Source: Psychromonas sp. | GTDB taxonomy: Bacteria > Pseudomonadota > Gammaproteobacteria > Enterobacterales > Psychromonadaceae | Length of the DNA: 64,000 nt | Direction: 5' to 3' | Assembly: GCF_041586535.1 (NCBI RefSeq) | Contig: NZ_JBFGZY010000003.1 | Coordinates: forward strand, 1,021-65,020 | In this document: positions 57,690 to 64,000 of the stretch, piece after piece | Position numbering within the stretch: the first letter of the stretch is position 1 | Layout: each line of letters starts with the position of its first letter | The notes under the pieces: model-generated | Told to the model about the DNA's origin: nothing | The model's database searches: none | Seen by the model: only the letters and a program-made list of their open reading frames with translations | Position numbers and translations under genes: made by a program

Positions 57690-59057
57690 CTATAAATTAG
57701 AATGGGTAGTCGATGTGAGGGTCTCTTTTCCCATCGGCTGTTCATACTTGCTCGGTGATTTACGCATCAGGCGCAGTATATAAAAGAAACCGGCCCCGAA
57801 TACCGTGAAGTAAACTACTACAAATGCTGCCAGCGAGACACTGACCGCGGCGGCATCTACCGGCGAAATGGAATCAGCGGTACGCAGCAGGCCGTAAACT
57901 GTATAAGGCTGACGTCCGACTTCCGTTGTTACCCAGCCGCAGAGTATGGCGATAAAACCTGAGGGCGCCATTGCCAGGCAGAAACGGTGAAACCAGACAT
58001 TATGAAACAGCGCTTTCTTATGCCGCAACCATAAACTGGCCATACCCGCAGCAAGCATCAGAAAGCCCAATGCGACCATGATCCGGAAGCTCCAGAAGAC
58101 AATTGCGACCGGCGGATGCTGATCATCCGGGAATGCATCCAGCCCCTTCACCTCACCGTTTAATTCATGGGTTAATATCAGACTGCCGAGATAGGGGATG
58201 GCGATTTTGAAATCAATCTCTTTATTTTCCTGATCCGGCAGCCCGAACAGAATCAGAGGTGCGCCTTTCTGAGTTTCAAAATGTCCTTCCATGGCGGCTA
58301 TTTTGGCCGGCTGATGCTCGAGGGTATTCAGGCCATGCAGATCCCCGACAAATATCTGAATCGGTGTGACAATAGCTGCCATCCACAATGCCATTGAAAA
58401 CATGGTCTGCGCTAAGGGGTTTTTCTGAGAGCGCAGCAAATGGTAGGCGCCTACGCCCCCGACCACAAAGGCGGTAGTCAGAAAAGCAGCCAGTACCATA
58501 TGGGTTAAGCGATGGGGGAAAGACGGGTTGAACACCACCGCCCACCAATCCTCAGGAATAAACTGTCCAACTTCGTTAATGCTGTACCCGGCGGGGGTAT
58601 GCATCCAGCTGTTAACGGATAGGATCCAGAAAGCAGAAAACAGCGTGCCGATTGCCACCACTACGGTAGACATAAAATGCAGCTTTTTACCTACCCGATT
58701 CATACCGAATAACATTACGCCTAGAAAACCTGCTTCAAGGAAAAAAGCCGAAAAGACTTCATAACCCATCAAGGGACCTAATACCGGCCCGGTTTTATCG
58801 GAGAAAACACTCCAGTTGGTACCAAACTGGTAGCTCATTACAATGCCGCTCACCACGCCCATTCCGAAGCTGATCGCAAAAATCTTGATCCAATATTGAT
58901 AAAGCTCAATGTATTTGTGCTGACCGGTTTTAAGGTAGAGGCCTTCCAGGACTGCCAGATAACTTGCCAGTCCTATGGTAAAAGCAGGAAAAATAATATG
59001 AAATGATACTGTAAAGGCAAATTGAAACCTTGCCAGATCAGCCGCGAGTTCATTCAT
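57690..59057 (-). CDS. cydA: cytochrome bd-type quinol oxidase subunit I, short Q-loop (CioA-like)
   Basis: 455 aa. Contains FHIIFPAFTIGLA, GYEVFSAFFLEAGFLG and the GRQPY motif. The length implies the short Q-loop class. Confidence 0.9.
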   Translation of the reverse strand: MNELAADLARFQFAFTVSFHIIFPAFTIGLASYLAVLEGLYLKTGQHKYIELYQYWIKIFAISFGMGVVSGIVMSYQFGTNWSVFSDKTGPVLGPLMGYEVFSAFFLEAGFLGVMLFGMNRVGKKLHFMSTVVVAIGTLFSAFWILSVNSWMHTPAGYSINEVGQFIPEDWWAVVFNPSFPHRLTHMVLAAFLTTAFVVGGVGAYHLLRSQKNPLAQTMFSMALWMAAIVTPIQIFVGDLHGLNTLEHQPAKIAAMEGHFETQKGAPLILFGLPDQENKEIDFKIAIPYLGSLILTHELNGEVKGLDAFPDDQHPPVAIVFWSFRIMVALGFLMLAAGMASLWLRHKKALFHNVWFHRFCLAMAPSGFIAILCGWVTTEVGRQPYTVYGLLRTADSISPVDAAAVSVSLAAFVVVYFTVFGAGFFYILRLMRKSPSKYEQPMGKETLTSTTHSNL

Positions 59058-59373
59058 TTTTGCTCCTTAATCCAGCTCGATATGGAGCTGATTAGTTAAA
59101 AAATGACGCTCCAGTGGTTTTAACCGCAGCGCTCTCCTATCAATACTGTTGTGCTATACGAAGTGAGTTAAAGTATAGATCATTCCGGTTTCTCTGATTG
59201 TTACAGACACTGATTTTTGCAGTTGGGGTCTGCTTAACAACGTGTGGTTATCAGCACTTTAGTTTTTGCAGTAACCAGAAAGTTTATTTTTTATCCACTA
59301 ACATTCTGATTTAGATGGTTATTGTCATCTCATTAATCTACTTTGCGCAATATTTCACCACTTGATTAAATCT

Positions 59374-59390
59374 AAATGATATTCATTTGC
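59374..59390. promoter_or_regulatory. Fur-box-like site AAATGATATTCATTTGC
   Basis: Resembles GATAATGATAATCATTATC and lies upstream of exbB. Confidence 0.4.
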
Positions 59391-59437
59391 ATTAACATTT
59401 GAGTTACATTAATATCACAATCTCTTTTAAGCGTAGT

Positions 59438-59453
59438 GATAATCATTATCATT
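59438..59453. promoter_or_regulatory. Fur box GATAATCATTATCATT
   Basis: Contains the contiguous 13-mer GATAATCATTATC of the Fur consensus (positions 7-19) and no GATAAT 5-prime hexamer. It lies 25-85 nt upstream of the possible exbB starts. Confidence 0.65.
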
Positions 59454-59477
59454 GGCCTTGTTGTGAGTTAGTACTGA

Positions 59478-60464
59478 TTGTTCAGTAACTTATTAATTTT
59501 TCTTAATTTGGGAGGTAAAACTTTGGCTAGCGTAGTTACTGAATCGATTAAAATGGTCGAAGAATCTGTTCACAGCACTCCGTCAGAGGGGGCGGTTGAT
59601 CCTCAGACAGACGTTGTACAAGCATTGAATAATACGCCGGTTGTCATGGACGCTATCTCTGAGCAGTCAGCTGACAGTTCATTGCTCCCGGATAATCCTA
59701 TGGAACAAACAGATCAACTTTCCATGCAATCGCAGGAAATGATTAAAACTATAAATGATTACGAAACAGTCAGTGAATTTTTTGACAATGTCCTTTCCGG
59801 CACCCTTGAGCCTGTTATTCATCTTCTTCAAATCGGTGGTCCCGTGGTGTGGATACTGGGCGCTTTTTCCATTGTCGCCTTAAGCATCATTCTTATTAAG
59901 CTCTGGCAGTTTTTTTCACTGAGTGCAGAAAATACCCGTGATGTTGAATTGGCGTTGACCTACTGGCAACGGGGTGAACGGCAAAAAGCCCTGACATCTT
60001 TGCATACAGGTCGTCCGGTTTCACAATTGGTGAATAATGCGATCAGCGGCATTATTCATAAACAACCATTAACGCTATTGAAACAGGAGCTTACCCGCCA
60101 GGCAACTGAACAGGTTAATAAGATGCGTAATCTACTTCGCCCGCTTGAAGTGATTGCCAATCTCAGTCCGTTATTGGGGTTAATGGGGACCGTCCTGGGC
60201 ATGATCGGTGCCTTTCAGAAAATGGAAGCGGCAGGTAACCAGGTCGATCCATCGGTACTTTCAGGCGGGATCTGGCAGGCGCTGCTGACTACCGCCGTTG
60301 GCCTCGCGGTCGCTATTCCCGTGGTGGCCGCTTATAACTGGCTGGATAGAAAAGTGGAACGTATCAGCAGCAGTATAAATAGCAGTGTTACCCGGGTATT
60401 TACGCAACAACCAGCTGAACTGCAAACCTCAGAGTTTTATGAAGAGATAAAAGATGCTGCTTGA
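59478..60464 (+). CDS. exbB: MotA/TolQ/ExbB proton-channel protein with long acidic N-terminal extension
   Basis: The C-terminal 200 aa are ExbB-like (…LGLMGTVLGMIGAF…GIWQALLTTAVGLAVAIP…). The start is uncertain: TTG 59478, TTG 59523 after GGAGG, or ATG 59553. Confidence 0.85.
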   Translation: MFSNLLIFLNLGGKTLASVVTESIKMVEESVHSTPSEGAVDPQTDVVQALNNTPVVMDAISEQSADSSLLPDNPMEQTDQLSMQSQEMIKTINDYETVSEFFDNVLSGTLEPVIHLLQIGGPVVWILGAFSIVALSIILIKLWQFFSLSAENTRDVELALTYWQRGERQKALTSLHTGRPVSQLVNNAISGIIHKQPLTLLKQELTRQATEQVNKMRNLLRPLEVIANLSPLLGLMGTVLGMIGAFQKMEAAGNQVDPSVLSGGIWQALLTTAVGLAVAIPVVAAYNWLDRKVERISSSINSSVTRVFTQQPAELQTSEFYEEIKDAA

Positions 60465-60849
60465 TCTCTCTTTACCAAGGCGAAAACAGGCCATTAGCCT
60501 GACACCCTTGATCGACGTTGTGTTTATCCTGTTGTTGTTTTTTATGCTTTCTTCCAGTTTTAGTCAATGGCGGCAAATCAAACTGCCTGCCAGCAGTGAG
60601 TCACAACAGGCCTCACTGGAGGTTATTACGGTCACTTTAGACAGCGACGGTGATCAATTTACACTACAGGATAAGCGCTACCGGAGCACTGATCTCAATG
60701 CCCTGAGCACGCTTATTAGCGCAAAACCGGAGGCTGTTTTTGCCATCGCGGTAGAAAAAAACGGCAAAACTCAGGTCTTAATTAATCTGCTCGATAATTT
60801 TAAAAAAGCCGGTGCGACAAACGTATCTTTTGCCGGAGTGGTGAACTGA
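60454..60849 (+). CDS. exbD: ExbD/TolR family protein
   Basis: 131 aa. Contains ISLTPLIDVVFILLLFFM and overlaps exbB by 11 nt. Confidence 0.85.
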   Translation: MLLDLSLPRRKQAISLTPLIDVVFILLLFFMLSSSFSQWRQIKLPASSESQQASLEVITVTLDSDGDQFTLQDKRYRSTDLNALSTLISAKPEAVFAIAVEKNGKTQVLINLLDNFKKAGATNVSFAGVVN

Positions 60850-61277
60850 TGCTGCTACCTGAAAAAACAAACAATCAAACTCAGAGTGATGACAATCTGA
60901 TCCCGCTGATCAATGTGGTTTTCCTGATGCTTATCTTTTTTATGGTGGCGGGGCAGATTCAACGCTCTGATCCACAAAAGATTAGTTTGCCCGATTCGAT
61001 CAGTGAGCTGACTCTGCAAAAGCAGAAAGAAAATCGGGTTGAGTTATTGGTGACCGAGAGCGGCACGCTGTATATCGATGGGGTGCTAATCCCGATTAGC
61101 GAGCTTAAAGAGAGATTGATGGTTCATTTTGCGCAGGCTAAAGAGCCGCAACATTTTAATGTTTTGTTAAAAGTCGATGCAAACCTTGAGGTGCAAAGGC
61201 TGCAGGAGATATTAACCGGGATCAAGATGGCCGGGTTGCTGCACATCTCTCTAATCACTCAAAAAATAGAGGCATAG
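60849..61277 (+). CDS. exbD: ExbD/TolR family protein (second paralogue)
   Basis: 142 aa. Contains NLIPLINVVFLMLIFFMV and has a TGATG overlap with the previous gene. Confidence 0.85.
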   Translation: MLLPEKTNNQTQSDDNLIPLINVVFLMLIFFMVAGQIQRSDPQKISLPDSISELTLQKQKENRVELLVTESGTLYIDGVLIPISELKERLMVHFAQAKEPQHFNVLLKVDANLEVQRLQEILTGIKMAGLLHISLITQKIEA

Positions 61278-61285
61278 ATAGCAGT

Positions 61286-62113
61286 ATGGTTTCAGCTCGT
61301 CATTACAGTATTGCGCTAATCGGTGCCGTACTGATTCATCTTCTCGGGTTATTGCTGATCAGCTATTCAACCTCTTCAGGATCTGCAACAGGTAAAGGCG
61401 ATCAGGGCATTGAAATTGATCTGGGCATGCTCGGCGATCTGGGCAGCGCAACGGAGACTCGACAAAGCACAGTGACACAGCCTCAAGAAGTTGAGCAGGT
61501 AGAAGAGACTGGTGAAACTGAAACAGTTGAACAGCCAGTTAATGATTCCGTTGAGGAAACTCTTGAGCGTCCGGTGATTGAGCAGGAGATAGCGCTCAAG
61601 CAGAAAGCGGAGATCCTGGTGAAAAAAATGCCGGATAAACAGACAGAGAAAATACAAGTTAAAAAAGCGCCGGCAACCTTAACTAAAACAGAAGCGGCTG
61701 CTGAAGATGCTCCTGTTAATTTACAGGCTGACAATAGTCCAACGACCCGAAAAGCCTCAACAGGCAGTGCCAATGCGCTGACTTCAGGCGGAGCGACTGG
61801 CAATAAGCGGACATATTACGCAGTGATCGCCGCCAGGCTGGCGAAGTACAAACGCTACCCTGCTTATTCCAGAAAGAAAGGTCATGAGGGCACTGTATTA
61901 CTCAGTTTCACCGTGCTTAGTAGCGGCTTGGTGAAGGATATAAAGATCAAAAAAAGCTCTGGTTACAGCAGGTTAGACCGGGCCGTAAAAAAAATGCTCA
62001 AAGAGGCATCGCCATTACCACCGTTTCCGGAAGAGCAATCTCTTGCGGAAATAACTATTACCATACCAATTGTTTTCAAGTTAAATCAAACATTGATTGA
62101 AAGCACTAATTAA
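61286..62113 (+). CDS. tonB: energy transducer TonB
   Basis: N-terminal TM, acidic/Lys-rich linker and a C-terminal TonB_C domain (YPAYSRKKGHEGTVLLSFTVLSSGLV...). Confidence 0.85.
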   Translation: MVSARHYSIALIGAVLIHLLGLLLISYSTSSGSATGKGDQGIEIDLGMLGDLGSATETRQSTVTQPQEVEQVEETGETETVEQPVNDSVEETLERPVIEQEIALKQKAEILVKKMPDKQTEKIQVKKAPATLTKTEAAAEDAPVNLQADNSPTTRKASTGSANALTSGGATGNKRTYYAVIAARLAKYKRYPAYSRKKGHEGTVLLSFTVLSSGLVKDIKIKKSSGYSRLDRAVKKMLKEASPLPPFPEEQSLAEITITIPIVFKLNQTLIESTN

Positions 62114-62125
62114 AAGGAACTTTTT

Positions 62126-64000
62126 ATGTCCGAATCAACTTTTATCCATAATGCTCAGGTCAAGTCCAGTTATTGCCCGAAGTCCGCTCCGTTGGCCAGC
62201 TCTCTGGCCTTGGCCATTTCGACTGGCTTTGTCATCAACGTTAATGCGCAGGAGGTTAATCTTGACTCTTTAGTGGTAGAAGAGTCGCAAATCGCCGCCG
62301 ATGATAATCCCTATGCCGAGCCGGGCGTCCCTTACAAAGCAAAAAAACTCTCTGATAGTAAACGCAGTCGTGATATTGCCGATACGCCGGCGACCATGAC
62401 GGTATTAACCAAACAGAGCATCGATGATTCAGGTAAAACGGAATTAAAAGATATCCTCAGTGCTCAGCCCGGTATCACCCTGGGTACGGGGGAGGGGGGC
62501 AACTCATTTGGCGATCGTTATATTATTCGTGGTTATGAAGCGCGCAGTGATGTCTTTACCGATGGTCTTCGTGAGCCCGGCCTTATCTCCCGGGATACTT
62601 TTGCACTGGAACAGGTGGAAATCAGTAAAGGACCAAGCTCGACATTTGCTGGACGAGGTTCAACGGGTGGTGCGGTAAATAGTGTCACCAAAAAAGCCAG
62701 TTTAGAAGATGATTTTGTCAATCTATCCGTCGGTGCGGGTACAGACGATTACCAACGTTATAGCATTGATACCAATAAGGTGGTTAGTGACGACCTGGCG
62801 CTGCGTGCCAACCTGCTTTATGCTGAAAAAGATGTACCGGATCGCGAACCGGCTGGCGAAAAACGTATCGGGCTGCTGCTTTCGACAGTGTATCAGGCAA
62901 GCGATGATTTAAAGCTTACTGCAGATTATTACCATTATGAATCGGATGATACACCGGATGCGGGCACCTACTTAGTGGATGGTGAGCCCAATACAGAGCA
63001 GGGGTATCCCGGTATTGAGGACCTGGATTTTCAACGTTCTCAAGCAGATACGCTGACCATCACCATTGATAAACAGATCAATGATAATGTTCGTCTGGAA
63101 AACAAAAGCCGCTACGGTGTAACGTCCAATGAATATATTACGACTAGCAAAAGATCCAATGGAGAAGATCGTACTTTTGCCGGCTGGCAGGACAATAAAT
63201 ACCTGGGAAATCAGACCAACCTGATTATTGATCAGGAGCTTGCCGGACAGCGTCATACTATTATTACAGGGGTTGAGCTGGCACAGGAAAAAGTGCTTGG
63301 CGCGACGACGGGTTATGCTCAGAATTTTGCCGGTGGTTATGATATTGATTTTACCAGCAACACAGCGACCAAGCTCGATGCCGTAACGGATTACAAGCTT
63401 AATACTGTCTCGGCATACCTGATGGATACTATTACCCTTAATCAGGATTGGGAAGTGTTTGGTGGTTTACGTTATGATTATTTCCAATACGATCTGTCGA
63501 TTGCTGAAACTGAAGGTCGCAACGGTACCAACCCTGCCAGCAGCTACGAATTTGAAGACGGCTTTTTAAATGGCCACCTCGGCGTGGTTTATTCTCCCTG
63601 GGAAAACGGAAATATCTATGCTAACTGGAGCACCTCATCCAATATCAATGGCGGGGAGGCTGATTCTGCGGGTAACTGCGGTTATGGCGGTATCTGTACC
63701 GATGCAGACGGTAACTACCAAGATGCCAAACCAGAACAAAGCAGGAATATCGAGTTAGGTACAAAATGGAACTTGTTCAATGAGAAACTGCTGCTCACCG
63801 CTGCGCTTTTCCAGATTACCAAAGATGATGTTATCGAAGGCGATAATGACTCCTACTCAACGGGCGGCAATATGAATACCGGTAAAAATAGGGTTGAGGG
63901 TCTGGAAGTCGGGTTGTCCGGCAACCTGACTGATAAGTTAAGCGGCCAGTTCGGTTTCGCCTGGATGGACTCAGAAACACTGGAATCTTATGATCAGGAT
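62126..64000 (+). CDS. TonB-dependent outer-membrane receptor (siderophore type), truncated by window end
   Basis: ATG 62126 follows AAGGAA. The frame is open for 625 codons to the window edge. Plug motifs TPATMTVLT, DRYIIRGY and VEISKGPSSTFAGRGSTGG are present. Confidence 0.9.
   Translation, partial: MSESTFIHNAQVKSSYCPKSAPLASSLALAISTGFVINVNAQEVNLDSLVVEESQIAADDNPYAEPGVPYKAKKLSDSKRSRDIADTPATMTVLTKQSIDDSGKTELKDILSAQPGITLGTGEGGNSFGDRYIIRGYEARSDVFTDGLREPGLISRDTFALEQVEISKGPSSTFAGRGSTGGAVNSVTKKASLEDDFVNLSVGAGTDDYQRYSIDTNKVVSDDLALRANLLYAEKDVPDREPAGEKRIGLLLSTVYQASDDLKLTADYYHYESDDTPDAGTYLVDGEPNTEQGYPGIEDLDFQRSQADTLTITIDKQINDNVRLENKSRYGVTSNEYITTSKRSNGEDRTFAGWQDNKYLGNQTNLIIDQELAGQRHTIITGVELAQEKVLGATTGYAQNFAGGYDIDFTSNTATKLDAVTDYKLNTVSAYLMDTITLNQDWEVFGGLRYDYFQYDLSIAETEGRNGTNPASSYEFEDGFLNGHLGVVYSPWENGNIYANWSTSSNINGGEADSAGNCGYGGICTDADGNYQDAKPEQSRNIELGTKWNLFNEKLLLTAALFQITKDDVIEGDNDSYSTGGNMNTGKNRVEGLEVGLSGNLTDKLSGQFGFAWMDSETLESYDQD

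Overview
This 64-kb chromosomal window looks like a moderately AT-rich marine gammaproteobacterium; the Alteromonadales-like assignment is an inference from gene content only. I can support about 60 protein genes. I saw no rRNA, tRNA or CRISPR array.

Gene order, left to right:
- Truncated LysR regulator, then a roughly 2-kb decayed or non-coding tract.
- TAXI-type TRAP transporter, UspA, GST, an orphan gcvH, ptsG (EIICB), dbpA.
- Secreted trypsin-like protease with a GlyGly-CTERM tail, ABM monooxygenase, NfeD/SPFH pair.
- DauA-like SulP permease, Sfp-type PPTase, yeeX, FrnE/DsbA-like protein, TrmH-family methyltransferase, DUF2750 protein.
- Complete aa3 cytochrome c oxidase biogenesis cluster (coxB-coxA-ctaG-coxC-SURF1-unknown-ctaA-cyoE).
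- MATE pump and a metallophosphoesterase fusion.
- prkA-yeaH-spoVR module, HAD hydrolase, and a periplasmic-sensor GGDEF protein.
- Accessory-looking patch at 41.2-46.4 kb: decayed IS4 element, frameshifted Sel1 protein, beta-CASP MBL RNase, an 87-aa unknown and an orphan AmmeMemoRadiSam-type radical SAM enzyme.
- Rrf2-regulated sufBCDS-sufU-sufT-Rieske operon, mgtE, bicupin, frameshifted yjbR.
- CIO-type cytochrome bd with an unlisted DUF2474 micro-ORF.
- Fur-box-preceded exbB-exbD-exbD-tonB plus a TonB-dependent receptor that runs off the window end.

Non-genic structure:
- A palindromic MITE-like repeat family (2 copies).
- A 38-bp dispersed repeat (2 copies).
- A (GYCGTCA)x8 heptanucleotide microsatellite in the suf regulator upstream region.
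- Three frameshifted genes.

The best candidate for an undescribed module is the beta-CASP / 87-aa / radical SAM trio. The evidence for a functional link there is only synteny.
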